Program-made: the position numbers and the translations under genes | Assembly: GCA_902613795.1 (NCBI GenBank) | Contig: CACMIP010000002.1 | Location: 145,466 to 209,465 of the forward strand | DNA from: an uncultured OCS116 cluster bacterium | Lineage (GTDB): Bacteria; Pseudomonadota; Alphaproteobacteria; Rhizobiales; TMED25 | DNA: 64,000 nucleotides | Direction: 5' to 3' | Notes under the pieces: generated by a model | The model's database searches: none | The model's input: the letters and a program-made list of their open reading frames with translations, nothing else | Told to the model about the DNA's origin: nothing | In this document: in pieces, positions 47,493-57,494 of the stretch | Layout: every line of letters starts with the position of its first letter | Position numbering within the stretch: position 1 is the first letter of the stretch

Positions 47493-48480
47493 ATACTTCG
47501 GAAAAACAGATCTAAAAGTGTCGGAGATTGGTTTTGGCTGTGCACCAATAGGCTACACTGCTGGGTTTGAAGATGATAAGGCTTGTATTGACTGTGTACG
47601 AAAAGCAATAGATGTCGGTCTTAATTTTTTTGATACCTCACCAGTTTACGGGAGGTCAGAAATCAATCTTGGGGAAGCCATTGGGGATGATAGGAATAAA
47701 ATAATCTTAGCAACAAAAGTTCGCCTCCCTTCTTTCGAGGATACACATGATATGAAAAATTTTATCGTTGCTTCGGTTGAAAGAAGCTTAGCGCAGCTCA
47801 AGACCGACTACATCGATCTATTACAAATTCATCACCAAATTGGTAATGAGCGTGGAAAGTATCAATTCCGAAATAATCCGCCAGAATTTGCAACACGCCT
47901 CAACTATAGTGATTGCATGGAATTTTATGACTGTACAGATTTGTTGAGAAGCTCAGGAAAAGTAAGATATATTGGATTTACGGGATGGGACGGGGATTAC
48001 GAAGCTCAAACTAAACTCATTTATTCTGATAAATTTTCATCGATACAAGTTCTCTACAATATACTCAATCAGAGTGCTCACGGGGAAGCACGCCGAACGC
48101 TTCATGAAAATGATCAGGGCTATGGTGACGGTGAGTCCTGTGTAATGAATCTGGCTCAGAAAAACGAAGTTGCAATTATCGGTATAAGACCATTTGCTAA
48201 TGGCGCTATTGTTGATGAGATAAAATCAGAAAAAAAACATGATGAACAAATATATCGCGAACATCAGCTCATGCAAAAACTGAAATTACTAATTGGCAGA
48301 GATGATTTGAGCCTAGCCCAGATTGCCGTGTTATTTTGTCTTGCTAATGAGAAAATCTCAACAATAGTTCCCGGGATAAAAAATTCTTCAGAGTTGAATG
48401 AAGTCATCAGCATTTACGATTCTGCGGATCTGAAAAAGCAAGATATGGATCAAATATTAGCTTGGTATTACAATCAGTGA
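47482..48480 (+). CDS. Aldo/keto reductase
   Basis: A start at TTG 47482 gives (M)KYRYFGKTDLKVSEIGFG, the canonical AKR N-terminus, and is preceded by GGAG at 7-nt spacing. The alternative is ATG 47464; the track start 47419 overlaps the CMD gene by 74 nt and is unlikely. Also has FFDTSPVYG and DLLQIHH. Confidence 0.83.
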   Translation: MKYRYFGKTDLKVSEIGFGCAPIGYTAGFEDDKACIDCVRKAIDVGLNFFDTSPVYGRSEINLGEAIGDDRNKIILATKVRLPSFEDTHDMKNFIVASVERSLAQLKTDYIDLLQIHHQIGNERGKYQFRNNPPEFATRLNYSDCMEFYDCTDLLRSSGKVRYIGFTGWDGDYEAQTKLIYSDKFSSIQVLYNILNQSAHGEARRTLHENDQGYGDGESCVMNLAQKNEVAIIGIRPFANGAIVDEIKSEKKHDEQIYREHQLMQKLKLLIGRDDLSLAQIAVLFCLANEKISTIVPGIKNSSELNEVISIYDSADLKKQDMDQILAWYYNQ

Positions 48481-48529
48481 ACTACTTATGAATAGCAGAC
48501 AATGGAATGAATGAATTTGGTTGAGAGTT

Positions 48530-48973
48530 ATGCAAAAACAAAGATACTTTTTTTTCTATGGCACTTTAAGGGATCATGAGGTGAGGGAAGCTGTAATCGG
48601 GGATCAAGAAAAGCAATTGAATTTGGTTGATGGTCATCTGATCGGCTACAGATTATATAGAGTCAAAAATACAAATTATCCACTTATTGTAAGGGACAAG
48701 TCATCATCAAATAAAATAAATGGTCTAGTTGCAACGGGTCTAGACAAAGAGGTGATAAGAAAATTGGATATGTTTGAAGGTAAAAATTACTCAAGGTCTG
48801 AGGTCAGTGTTTTTCGCAGCATTGATAATGAAGAAATTATGGCCGAAATATATGTGCCGAAAAAAACTTTGCAATATGCTGAAGAATGGACATATGAAAA
48901 TTGGCATAAATATCATAGGAAATTTTTTTTTCATGATGATTTTAGAAAAAGAGGTGTGCGTTCACCTGGCTGA
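48530..48973 (+). CDS. Gamma-glutamylcyclotransferase-like (AIG2/GGACT) family protein
   Basis: About 147 aa from ATG 48530. Contains YFFFYGTLRD...GYRLYRV...YPLIV...INGLV...LDMFEG..Y.R. Confidence 0.68.
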   Translation: MQKQRYFFFYGTLRDHEVREAVIGDQEKQLNLVDGHLIGYRLYRVKNTNYPLIVRDKSSSNKINGLVATGLDKEVIRKLDMFEGKNYSRSEVSVFRSIDNEEIMAEIYVPKKTLQYAEEWTYENWHKYHRKFFFHDDFRKRGVRSPG

Positions 48974-49110
48974 TGATTAACCGCTCATATGGCAGCCGCC
49001 ATGGTAGGTAAATGCTGGGATAATATATTGAGTGTATTATTTTATATACTATAGACTTAATTGGTGTGATATATTATAAAAAAATTATTTTAAGGTATAA
49101 GTGAGAGTTT

Positions 49111-49383
49111 ATGGCAAAAGAGGAATTACTGGAGTTAGAAGGTGTTGTACTGGACGTTCTTCCTGATGCGCGATTTAGAGTGATGCTAGATAACGAGCAC
49201 GAAATAGTTGCTTACACAGCTGGTAAAATGAAGAAGCACAGAATTAGGACACTAATTGGAGATCGCGTGACAGTTGAAATGACCCCGTATGATCTAGATA
49301 AAGGTAGGATAATCTTTAGACATAAAGATGAAAAAGCACCCGCTACTCGCGCTCAGGCAAGGAAAAATTTCAGAAGACGCTAG
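49111..49383 (+). CDS. infA: Translation initiation factor IF-1 with a basic C-terminal extension
   Basis: 90 aa. The S1-like core is [70 protein letters not shown]. About 18 extra residues follow ([20 protein letters not shown]). Confidence 0.93.
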   Translation: MAKEELLELEGVVLDVLPDARFRVMLDNEHEIVAYTAGKMKKHRIRTLIGDRVTVEMTPYDLDKGRIIFRHKDEKAPATRAQARKNFRRR

Positions 49384-49386
49384 TGA

Positions 49387-50268
49387 TTATTTCTCGTAGT
49401 TTGCGAGTACAACAGCTGTAAGCACACAAACAAATCCGAATAAAATTTTAGACGAGACAGGCTCGCTTAAAATTATTGCACCCAGTATAATCGCCGTAAG
49501 TGGATTAAAACCAACAGTCATTGTTATGCCGGTAGGGGTTGACATATTAATTGATGACATGAAAAGTGAAACCATTAATGCCGCACCGGGTATTGCGAGG
49601 ATCAATAAGACGATCCATTGGGTAGTATCAAATGATAAGGAACCTGAAAAGGGTTGACCGAAAAATACTGCTAAAAATAACATCATCGATGAACCTATGA
49701 ACATCGGCCATGCGGTAAAAGTTAAGCTTCCATATTTTGTGATGAGTCTGCCAGCATTGAGAACGTACAGTGAGTTGCAAAAAGCCGCTATAAACATCAA
49801 AAAATCTCCAAGCAGTGCATTTGGTGCTAGCTCGTTCATATCATCACTTAATGTGACTGAAATACCTGTCACAGCAATGATTATTGCAACAACTTTATAG
49901 AGTGTGATTCTCTCTTTCCCAATCATTGACCCAACAACAAGTGTTATCACTGGTTGTGCTGTAAATACAATAGCACCTCTCGCAGCTGTTGTGTATTCTA
50001 AGCCAGCTGCAAATGACCATGGAAATGCAACATAGAATATAAAAGACAATAGCATGATTGGTTGCCAGTCGATAAGCTCAAGAGGCTTACTTTTCTTTAG
50101 TGAGTATAATATTATTAAAAGCAATATAGCGCCAATGCCATACCTGATGCCAGGTAATGAAAATGGATCGCTGTCTGGCATTAAGTATCTCGTAAGTACA
50201 ACAGTTGTACCGCCAATACTGGCCGAGATCGAAGCTAGTATTGCCCCTTTGTATCTTTTTTCAATCAT
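49387..50268 (-). CDS. EamA/DMT superfamily transporter
   Basis: 293 aa with about 10 TM segments in two EamA-like halves. Confidence 0.83.
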   Translation of the reverse strand: MIEKRYKGAILASISASIGGTTVVLTRYLMPDSDPFSLPGIRYGIGAILLLIILYSLKKSKPLELIDWQPIMLLSFIFYVAFPWSFAAGLEYTTAARGAIVFTAQPVITLVVGSMIGKERITLYKVVAIIIAVTGISVTLSDDMNELAPNALLGDFLMFIAAFCNSLYVLNAGRLITKYGSLTFTAWPMFIGSSMMLFLAVFFGQPFSGSLSFDTTQWIVLLILAIPGAALMVSLFMSSINMSTPTGITMTVGFNPLTAIILGAIILSEPVSSKILFGFVCVLTAVVLANYEK

Positions 50269-50271
50269 GAT

Positions 50272-51690
50272 TTAAAATATTTTATCTGGATTTAGTATAT
50301 TTTTTGGATCAAGAAAATTTTTGAGATCTTTCATTAATTGTAACTCAACTTCATCTTTATAATTCAGCATCTGTTTCTTTTTTATCTGCCCCACACCATG
50401 TTCAGCTGCAAAGCTGCCGCCGAAGGAATTTGCGTTTCCATAGACAATCTCTCTTATTTCTTCTGTATTTTGTTTGAATGTATCAGGATTATAATTACTC
50501 GGAGGACATACGTTAAAATGAATATTTCCGTCACCAATATGCCCATACGGCACCGGGCGAACATCTGGTAGATAATCTATCAATTTTTGTGTTGTACTTC
50601 TTATGAATTCAGGAACAGATGATACGGGGACTGAGCAGTCATGTTTTATTTCACCACCTAATTTTGGTTGATGTTCAACAATTGCCTTTCTTATCTTCCA
50701 AATATTTTGTGCTTGTGAAAGTGAGCTGGCTATTGCGGCATTACAAACTAAACCCTTCTCGATAGCATTCCCAAGGGCATTTTCAAGTGAGTCATTTGCA
50801 TTATCGTTATTTTTTGTATCAGAGTACTCAATAATTACATTCCATTCCTGTGGATCTGATATAGGACTTACTAATTCATCTCCATATTTAAGCGCAATAT
50901 CGAGTCCAATTTTTGGAATGAGTTCATAAGAGGATAATAATTCACCAGAAAAACTTTTCAGTGTTTCAAGTAGCTGGATTGTTGCATCTAAATCGCTAAG
51001 TGAAGCAAAGGCCGTCACCTTATTCTCAATTTTTGGAAATAGTCTCAAGCATGCTGCAGTAATAACACCAAGTGTTCCCTCAGCTCCCATAAACATATGC
51101 TTTATAGCATAGCCAGAATTATCTTTACGTAATCTTTTCAAGTTGTTCATTATCCGGCCATCTGCTAAAACAACCTCCAATCCTAGAACTAAATCTCTCA
51201 TATTTCCATACTTTAATACGGAAATACCTCCAGCATTTGTAGATATATTTCCTCCAATTGTGCATGAGCCCTCTGACCCAATGCTCAAGGGAAAGAACCT
51301 TGATACCTCCTGAGCAGCATCCTGAACTTGGCTGAGAATGCATCCAGACTCGACTGTAATTGAATAATCCTCGGGAATTATACTGATAATATTATTCATT
51401 TTTTCTAAACTTAATATAATTTCTCCATTAGGTATTCCCGATGCAACTGATCCTGTGTTACCTCCTTGAGGTACAACGGCGATAGTTTCTTCATTACATA
51501 AACGCAATATTTTAGACACTTGTTCGCTGTTACGTGGGGTTAGCATCAATGCTGAGGATCCACTTATATTTCCTACCCAATCTACTAAGTGCGGAGCGAT
51601 CGTATCATGATCTGTGATGATATCTCTTTCATTTAAGATGTTACCAAATTTTTTTTGGAAGTCTTGAAGTTGCTTTTCATTCAGTTTCAT
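50272..51690 (-). CDS. FAD-linked oxidase (GlcD / D-lactate / D-2-hydroxyacid dehydrogenase family)
   Basis: 472 aa. FAD-binding PCMH domain (VVPQGGNTGSVASG ... GGNISTNAGG) and a C-terminal FAD-oxidase domain (GSFAAEHGVG). Confidence 0.88.
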   Translation of the reverse strand: MKLNEKQLQDFQKKFGNILNERDIITDHDTIAPHLVDWVGNISGSSALMLTPRNSEQVSKILRLCNEETIAVVPQGGNTGSVASGIPNGEIILSLEKMNNIISIIPEDYSITVESGCILSQVQDAAQEVSRFFPLSIGSEGSCTIGGNISTNAGGISVLKYGNMRDLVLGLEVVLADGRIMNNLKRLRKDNSGYAIKHMFMGAEGTLGVITAACLRLFPKIENKVTAFASLSDLDATIQLLETLKSFSGELLSSYELIPKIGLDIALKYGDELVSPISDPQEWNVIIEYSDTKNNDNANDSLENALGNAIEKGLVCNAAIASSLSQAQNIWKIRKAIVEHQPKLGGEIKHDCSVPVSSVPEFIRSTTQKLIDYLPDVRPVPYGHIGDGNIHFNVCPPSNYNPDTFKQNTEEIREIVYGNANSFGGSFAAEHGVGQIKKKQMLNYKDEVELQLMKDLKNFLDPKNILNPDKIF

Positions 51691-51711
51691 GATCTGAAAT
51701 TTATCTCTCTT

Positions 51712-51788
51712 GTGGTGCCGGCTGAGAGATTTGAACTCCCGACCTACTGATTACAAATCAGCCGCTCTACCAACTGAGCTAAGCCGGC
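51712..51788 (-). tRNA. tRNA-Thr (anticodon TGT)
   Basis: The minus strand reads GCCGGCT...AGCCGGC-A-CCA. The anticodon stem is GCTGA/TCAGT with loop TT-TGT-AA, and the T arm is GGGAG-TTCAAAT-CTCTC. Confidence 0.9.
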
Positions 51789-51890
51789 ACATTTGATCAA
51801 TTATTATTTAAATCAAAAAATAATTTTTTCAAAGAAAATAATTTACATTGTGTATTCAAATTGAGAACATAGTACCGATTATATGATACA

Positions 51891-52619
51891 CTAACCTGAG
51901 TTCGGTGTTATCTTATCTAGAATAATTCCAATAGCGACAGATACATTTAAGCTCTTAATTTCTCCAATTGTATTTACACGGTATGTCATATCACAAAGTT
52001 TCTTTGTCAAATTTCTCATACCTTTACCCTCTTCACCAAAAATCAAAACAATTCGATCTTGCAAATTAAAGACTGAATCTTCAATATTAGAGTTTGCTTC
52101 ACTATCGAAGCCTATTAACCAATATTTATTTTTTTTTAGCTCGTTTAAGCAATTTGATAAGTTATTTGATGTAATTATATCTATGTATTCTAATCCACCA
52201 GATGACGCTTTTGCGATTATACCTTCATCAAGTTGTTCAAATTTGTTGGTAGTGATTATTGTTTTACAATTATATGCAGCGCAAGTCCGAATAATTGCCC
52301 CAATATTTCTTGGGTCCACAACATTATCAAGAAATATAACTCGTTTAGAATTCGAAAAATCATAATCATTAATTGCAATGATTTTTTTCTTTTCGGAAAC
52401 AATTAAAATTCCCTGATGCACTTGATTGCCATCAAGCATTCCATTTATTATTTTTGATTCTACGATTTTGGTATTAAATTTATGAATATCAATATTATTA
52501 TTTTCTACTATTTTTTTGTATGCATTTTTTGTAATAAATATCTCTTTAATAGTTCTATCCTCATTACAAAGAGCGTGTGTTGCTGCATGATAACCGTGTA
52601 TATATGCATATTTATTCAT
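51891..52619 (-). CDS. rlmB: TrmH/SpoU family RNA 2'-O-methyltransferase (RlmB-like)
   Basis: 242 aa. N-terminal substrate-binding-like region (IHGYHAATHAL) and a SpoU methylase domain (LDNVVDPRNIGAIIRT ... LIFGEEGKGMR ... SLNVSVA). Confidence 0.82.
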   Translation of the reverse strand: MNKYAYIHGYHAATHALCNEDRTIKEIFITKNAYKKIVENNNIDIHKFNTKIVESKIINGMLDGNQVHQGILIVSEKKKIIAINDYDFSNSKRVIFLDNVVDPRNIGAIIRTCAAYNCKTIITTNKFEQLDEGIIAKASSGGLEYIDIITSNNLSNCLNELKKNKYWLIGFDSEANSNIEDSVFNLQDRIVLIFGEEGKGMRNLTKKLCDMTYRVNTIGEIKSLNVSVAIGIILDKITPNSG

Positions 52620-52719
52620 AATTGCCTTTACCTCTAGATTTTTATATATCTTTGGTGTAATTGTGTATAGTGTTTAATACAAATGCTCTTTACGCATAAG
52701 CATTTTGGGTTTTTCTATT

Positions 52720-52804
52720 GGAGGGGTGCCCGAGTGGTTAAAGGGGACGGGCTGTAAACCCGTTGGCTTAGCCTACGTTGGTTCAAATCCAACCCCCTCC
52801 ACCA
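52720..52804 (+). tRNA. tRNA-Tyr (anticodon GTA), class II with long variable arm
   Basis: Acceptor GGAGGGG/CCCCTCC, anticodon stem ACGGG/CCCGT with loop CT-GTA-AA, a long variable arm, T arm GTTGG-TTCAAAT-CCAAC, and an encoded CCA. Confidence 0.93.
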
Positions 52805-52824
52805 ATTTGTTTAGGAATGTTGAT

Positions 52825-52898
52825 GCGGGTGTAGCTCAAAGGTAGAGCAGCAGCCTTCCAAGCTGAGGACGAGGGTTCGATTCCCTTCACCCGCTCCA
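52825..52898 (+). tRNA. tRNA-Gly (anticodon TCC)
   Basis: Acceptor GCGGGTG/CACCCGC, anticodon stem (G)CAGC/GCTG(A) with loop CT-TCC-AA, T arm GAGGG-TTCGATT-CCCTT, and an encoded CCA. Confidence 0.9.
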
Positions 52899-53035
52899 AA
52901 AAAATATAAAATTTTTGTTTATTTTTTTGTAGATTTTTTAAAATAATCAACTATATATGGTAAAGAATTCATTCATCATTAACATAATAATCGTATAAAA
53001 AATATGATTTACTTAATATTAAGGTAGGAAGAAAC

Positions 53036-54223
53036 ATGGCTAAAGAAAAGTTTGATCGCAGTAAACCGCATTGTAACATTGGTACAATCGGTCACGTAGA
53101 CCACGGTAAAACAACATTAACTGCAGCAATTACAAAAGTGCTTTCAGAAGCAGGTGGAGCAGAATTCTCTGCGTATGACGCTATCGATAAAGCTCCTGAA
53201 GAAAAGGCACGAGGGATAACAATATCAACTGCTCATGTTGAGTATACAACAGACAACAGGCATTACGCGCACGTAGATTGTCCAGGTCACGCTGATTACG
53301 TAAAAAATATGATAACTGGTGCCGCGCAAATGGATGGAGCAATACTTGTTGTGAATGCAGCTGATGGTCCAATGCCACAAACTAGAGAACATATCTTACT
53401 TGCAAGACAAGTTGGCGTTCCCGCACTTGTCGTTTACTTAAACAAAGTAGATCAAGTTGATGATGATGAGCTACTAGACCTAGTTGAAATGGAAGTAAGA
53501 GAACTTTTAAGCTCTTATGAATTTCCTGGCGATGATATACCAATAGTAAAAGGATCAGCACTAGCTGCACTCGAAGGCAGAGATGATGAAATTGGTAAAA
53601 ATTCAATTATGGAATTAATGGCCGCTGTTGACTCATATATTCCTCAACCTGATAGACCAAAAGATCAACCATTCTTGATGCCAATAGAAGACGTCTTCTC
53701 AATTTCAGGCCGCGGAACTGTTGTTACTGGAAGAGTTGAACGTGGTGTTATTAATGTCGGTGAAGAAATAGAAATTGTCGGCATTAAGGATACAGCAAAA
53801 ACAACATGTACTGGCGTTGAAATGTTCAGAAAGCTTCTCGATCAGGGTGAGGCCGGAGATAATGTTGGTGTGCTACTTAGGGGAACCAAAAGGGAAGAAG
53901 TCGAAAGAGGGCAAGTTTTGGCAAAGCCAGCATCAATTAAACCTTTTGCAAAATTCAAAGCTAATGCATACATCCTAACGAAGGATGAGGGAGGCAGACA
54001 TACACCTTTCTTTACAAACTACCGGCCACAATTTTATTTCCGTACAACTGATGTTACAGGCGTAGTTTCGCTACCACAAGGCACTGAAATGGTAATGCCT
54101 GGCGATAACATTGAAATGGATGTAGAATTAATCACTCCAATAGCAATGGAAGAAAATTTGAGGTTTGCTATTCGCGAAGGCGGTAGAACCGTTGGTGCTG
54201 GAGTAGTTTCAAAGATAACCTAA
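53036..54223 (+). CDS. tuf: Elongation factor Tu
   Basis: 395 aa. Begins [28 protein letters not shown] and contains DCPGHADY and NKVD. Confidence 0.98.
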   Translation: MAKEKFDRSKPHCNIGTIGHVDHGKTTLTAAITKVLSEAGGAEFSAYDAIDKAPEEKARGITISTAHVEYTTDNRHYAHVDCPGHADYVKNMITGAAQMDGAILVVNAADGPMPQTREHILLARQVGVPALVVYLNKVDQVDDDELLDLVEMEVRELLSSYEFPGDDIPIVKGSALAALEGRDDEIGKNSIMELMAAVDSYIPQPDRPKDQPFLMPIEDVFSISGRGTVVTGRVERGVINVGEEIEIVGIKDTAKTTCTGVEMFRKLLDQGEAGDNVGVLLRGTKREEVERGQVLAKPASIKPFAKFKANAYILTKDEGGRHTPFFTNYRPQFYFRTTDVTGVVSLPQGTEMVMPGDNIEMDVELITPIAMEENLRFAIREGGRTVGAGVVSKIT

Positions 54224-54251
54224 GTTAATTGGCAGGTGGTTCAATTAATAC

Positions 54252-54327
54252 AGGAGTGTAGCTCAATTGGCAGAGCGTCGGTCTCCAAAACCGAAGGTTG
54301 GGGGTTCGACTCCCTCCACTCCTGCCA
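54252..54327 (+). tRNA. tRNA-Trp (anticodon CCA)
   Basis: Acceptor AGGAGTG/CACTCCT, anticodon stem TCGGT/ACCGA with loop CT-CCA-AA, and T arm GGGGG-TTCGACT-CCCTC. It sits in the classical position before secE. Confidence 0.93.
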
Positions 54328-54353
54328 AAAAATAAAAAGTACTAAATAAAATC

Positions 54354-54551
54354 ATGGCAAAATTCAGACCTGTAAAATACGTACAAGAAGTTAAGAACGA
54401 GATGGACAAGGTCACATGGCCTTCACGTCGTGAAACTACTGTGACGTCAATTATGGTTTTAATTTTTGTATTTATTGCCGCAATTTTCTTTTTATTATCC
54501 GACCAATTACTGAGCTGGGTTGTTGGTTTGATACTTGGCATTGGTAGTTAA
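54354..54551 (+). CDS. secE: Preprotein translocase subunit SecE
   Basis: 65 aa. VQEVKNEMDKVTWPSRRET followed by a single TM segment. It lies directly upstream of nusG. Confidence 0.9.
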   Translation: MAKFRPVKYVQEVKNEMDKVTWPSRRETTVTSIMVLIFVFIAAIFFLLSDQLLSWVVGLILGIGS

Positions 54552-54553
54552 TA

Positions 54554-55084
54554 ATGGCTCATAATTGGTTTATAGTGCACGCTTACTCAAACTTTGAGAA
54601 ACAAGTAGCAAACTCAATAAAAGAGCAGGCTATACAGAGAGGTATGGAAGATAAATTTAGCGAGATTCTTGTTCCAACCGAAGATGTAGTGCAAGTAAGA
54701 AAAGGAAGAAAAGTCCAATCTGAAAGAAAGTTTTTCCCAGGCTATGTACTTGTAAAAATGGAAATGAGTGATGAAGCATATCACTTAGTTAAAAAAACAA
54801 ATAAGGTTGCTGGGTTTCTTGGATCTCAAAATAAACCAATTCCAATTACAAAAGAAGAAGTTGACCGTATCATGACGCAAGTCCAAGAAGGTGTTGATGG
54901 ACCGCTATCTACAATTTCATTTGAAATTGGAGAGCAGGTTAGAGTTGCTGAAGGACCATTCGCATCCTTTAGTGGAGTTGTTGAGGAAGTTGATACTGAA
55001 AGATCAAGATTAAAGGTTGCAGTTTCAATTTTTGGTCGCGCTACGCCTGTTGAGTTAGAATACAATCAAGTTGAAAAGTTATAG
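54554..55084 (+). CDS. nusG: Transcription termination/antitermination factor NusG
   Basis: 176 aa. NGN domain (WFIVHAYSNFE...FPGYVLVKM) and a KOW domain (GEQVRVAEGPFASFSGVVEEV). Confidence 0.95.
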   Translation: MAHNWFIVHAYSNFEKQVANSIKEQAIQRGMEDKFSEILVPTEDVVQVRKGRKVQSERKFFPGYVLVKMEMSDEAYHLVKKTNKVAGFLGSQNKPIPITKEEVDRIMTQVQEGVDGPLSTISFEIGEQVRVAEGPFASFSGVVEEVDTERSRLKVAVSIFGRATPVELEYNQVEKL

Positions 55085-55142
55085 TGTTTGATTTTAATAA
55101 AAAAATATGTAATGTGTACTTTATTCAAATAGAGGATAAGTA

Positions 55143-55571
55143 ATGGCAAAAAAGGTTGAAGGTTATTTAAAACTACATGTTCCAGCTGGGAAGGCTGCGC
55201 CGGCTCCCCCAATTGGACCTGCTCTAGGCCAAAGAGGCTTAAATATTATGGAGTTTTGCAAAGCTTTCAACGCGGAAACTCAAGATCTTGAGCCAGAAAT
55301 GCCTATACCGACGACAATAACTATCTACCAAGATAAGTCATTTACATTTACAACAAAAACACCACCGGCCTCCTATTTATTAAAAAAAGCTGCAAATCTA
55401 GCAAAGGGTGGCTCAACACCGGGAAGAGAGAGTGCTGGTACTGTGACGAAAAAACAAGTAGAAGAAATTGCTGAACAAAAAATGAAAGATCTCAACGCAA
55501 ATTCTATTGATCAAGCCGCAAAGATTATAGAGGGATCAGCTCGGTCAATGGGTTTTGAGGTTATAGAATAA
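55143..55571 (+). CDS. rplK: 50S ribosomal protein L11
   Basis: 142 aa. Contains [30 protein letters not shown]. Confidence 0.97.
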   Translation: MAKKVEGYLKLHVPAGKAAPAPPIGPALGQRGLNIMEFCKAFNAETQDLEPEMPIPTTITIYQDKSFTFTTKTPPASYLLKKAANLAKGGSTPGRESAGTVTKKQVEEIAEQKMKDLNANSIDQAAKIIEGSARSMGFEVIE

Positions 55572-55580
55572 GGTAAGTAA

Positions 55581-56276
55581 ATGGGAAAGATAGGAAAAAG
55601 ATATACTGAAATTTCAAGCTCAACAGACTCTCAAACTCTATATGGTATTGATGAAGCCGTCAAACTTGTGAAGAACAATGCTAAGGCAAAGTTCAATGAA
55701 ACCATTGAAATATCTTTTAACTTGGGCGTTGACCCAAAACAAGCTGATCAGATGGTTCGGGGGGTTGTAAATTTACCTGAAGGCACAGGTAAAACGGTTA
55801 AAGTAGCTGTATTTGCAAGAGATTCTAAAGCAAAAGAGGCAGAAGCAGCAGGGGCTGATATTGTAGGTAGCGATGATTTAGCTGAAACAGTGAAAAGTGG
55901 GAAATTTGATTTTGATCGGGTAATTTCAACACCTGATATGATGGCGATTGTTGGGCAGTTAGGAAAAGTCCTAGGGCCAAAGGGGCTGATGCCAAACCCT
56001 AAATTGGGTACCGTCACTGATAATATCAGTGATGCGGTAAAAAATATCAAAGGGGGCTCAGTTGAATATCGCGTTGAAAAAGCTGGAATAGTCCATGCAG
56101 GTATCGGTAAAGCAGATTTTTCAGAAAGTGCGATAAAAAATAATGTACTGGCAATCATTGAGGCAATTCAGTCCGCAAAACCCACTGGTGCAAAAGGAAC
56201 ATATATCAAAGGAATTACTTTAACATCAACAATGGGTGTTGGCGTAAAACTTGATCCTGCCATACTTGAGACTTAA
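55581..56276 (+). CDS. rplA: 50S ribosomal protein L1
   Basis: 231 aa. Contains [24 protein letters not shown] and [15 protein letters not shown]. Confidence 0.97.
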   Translation: MGKIGKRYTEISSSTDSQTLYGIDEAVKLVKNNAKAKFNETIEISFNLGVDPKQADQMVRGVVNLPEGTGKTVKVAVFARDSKAKEAEAAGADIVGSDDLAETVKSGKFDFDRVISTPDMMAIVGQLGKVLGPKGLMPNPKLGTVTDNISDAVKNIKGGSVEYRVEKAGIVHAGIGKADFSESAIKNNVLAIIEAIQSAKPTGAKGTYIKGITLTSTMGVGVKLDPAILET

Positions 56277-56492
56277 TTAAAAAAAATAAATAAATTGACT
56301 TTACATTTAGGATTAAAAAGCATAAATATATTTTAATTATGTACAACCTGTCCAAGATTATAGGGGCTTCGGCTTAATTTCCTATATGAGACAATGCGAT
56401 ATTTACAGAAATCTAAATGTCGCCACAGTTAGTATAAAATACTACGGGCAGGTAACATTCGTTATTTCGAATGTACACTGAAAGAGGAAACT
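56277..56492 (+). promoter_or_regulatory. rplJ-rplL 5' leader (possible L10/L12 autoregulatory region); structure not resolved
   Basis: A 216-nt gap before rplJ that contains several hairpins. One is TATAGG...CCTATA enclosing a GGC-TTCG-GCT element. Another is ACATTCG-TTATTT-CGAATGT (56455-56474), just upstream of the SD AGAGGAA and the GTG start. Confidence 0.3.
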
Positions 56493-57011
56493 GTGGACAG
56501 ACAAGCTAAAGAATCTTTTGTTGCTAATCTGAAAGATGTATTCAACACATCTGCCGTTGTGGTTGTGGCACAAAATACTGGTCTGACTGTATCAGAAATG
56601 AACGAACTGCGAAGTGCTATGCGCGATGCGGGTGGGCAAATCAAGGTAATCAAGAATAAACTAACAAAAATTGCGCTTGATGGTACACCTTTATCCGCTA
56701 TAGAAGAGTATTTGAATGGGCCATCAATGTTAGCCTATTCAGACGACCCTGTAGCTGCGCCAAAAATCGCAATAAAATTTGCAAAAGAAAATGATAACTT
56801 TGTTGTTCTCGGTGGATCTCTTCCAGAAAAGAAAATTGATCTTGGGGAAGTTAAACAACTTGCAAGTCTTCCATCGCTAGATGAATTAAGGGCTAAAATA
56901 CTTGGTCTCATTAATACGCCTGCAGGAAATATCGCAAGTCTCGTAAATACACCAGGTACCAATTTAGCCCAGGTTGTTAAAGCCTATTCAGAAAAAAGCG
57001 AAGCAGCCTAG
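56493..57011 (+). CDS. rplJ: 50S ribosomal protein L10
   Basis: 172 aa with a GTG start preceded by AAGAGGAA. It has L10-like content and sits before rplL. Confidence 0.94.
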   Translation: MDRQAKESFVANLKDVFNTSAVVVVAQNTGLTVSEMNELRSAMRDAGGQIKVIKNKLTKIALDGTPLSAIEEYLNGPSMLAYSDDPVAAPKIAIKFAKENDNFVVLGGSLPEKKIDLGEVKQLASLPSLDELRAKILGLINTPAGNIASLVNTPGTNLAQVVKAYSEKSEAA

Positions 57012-57041
57012 TTTTTATAATTAATTGAGATAGGACAGGAA

Positions 57042-57428
57042 ATGGCAGATTTAGAAAAAATTGCAGAGAGTTTATCAAGTTTAACAATTCTTGAGGCATC
57101 AGAATTAACAAAGATGCTTGAAGAAAAATGGGGTGTATCCGCAGCTGCGCAAGTTGCTGTCGCGGCGGCACCTGCTGGCGGGGATGCAGGTGGAGCTTCG
57201 GCTTCAGCAGAAGAAAAAACTGAATTCAGTGTTGTTCTTGCAAGCATGGGTGATCAGAAGATTAATGTCATTAAAGAAGTCAGGGCTATCACAGGCCTTG
57301 GATTAAAAGAGGCAAAAGATCTTGTTGAGTCTGCCCCTAAGCCAGTAAAAGAGGGTGTAGCAAAAGATGAAGCAGATAAGATTAAAGAACAATTGGAAGG
57401 AGCCGGTGCTACCGTTGAAGTTAAATAG
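57042..57428 (+). CDS. rplL: 50S ribosomal protein L7/L12
   Basis: 128 aa. N-terminal dimerisation helix, an Ala/Gly hinge, and the C-terminal domain [24 protein letters not shown]. Confidence 0.97.
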   Translation: MADLEKIAESLSSLTILEASELTKMLEEKWGVSAAAQVAVAAAPAGGDAGGASASAEEKTEFSVVLASMGDQKINVIKEVRAITGLGLKEAKDLVESAPKPVKEGVAKDEADKIKEQLEGAGATVEVK

Positions 57429-57494
57429 AAGATAATATTCTAGCGAAAGCTAAAAACAAAAAATTCTATATTTAACTATTAACGGGAACACAGC

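Noticed and set aside
54225-54248. AT-rich inverted repeat after tuf (TTAATTG-N10-CAATTAA), and the small TAGC-GAAA-GCTA hairpin at 57441-57452 after rplL, as terminators
   Set aside because: The stems are short or AT-only and lack convincing T-tracts. They may act as weak attenuators or processing sites, but the sequence alone does not support a call.
54263-54541. Minus-strand 92-aa ORF
   Set aside because: It overlaps tRNA-Trp and is antisense to secE, both of which are strongly supported.
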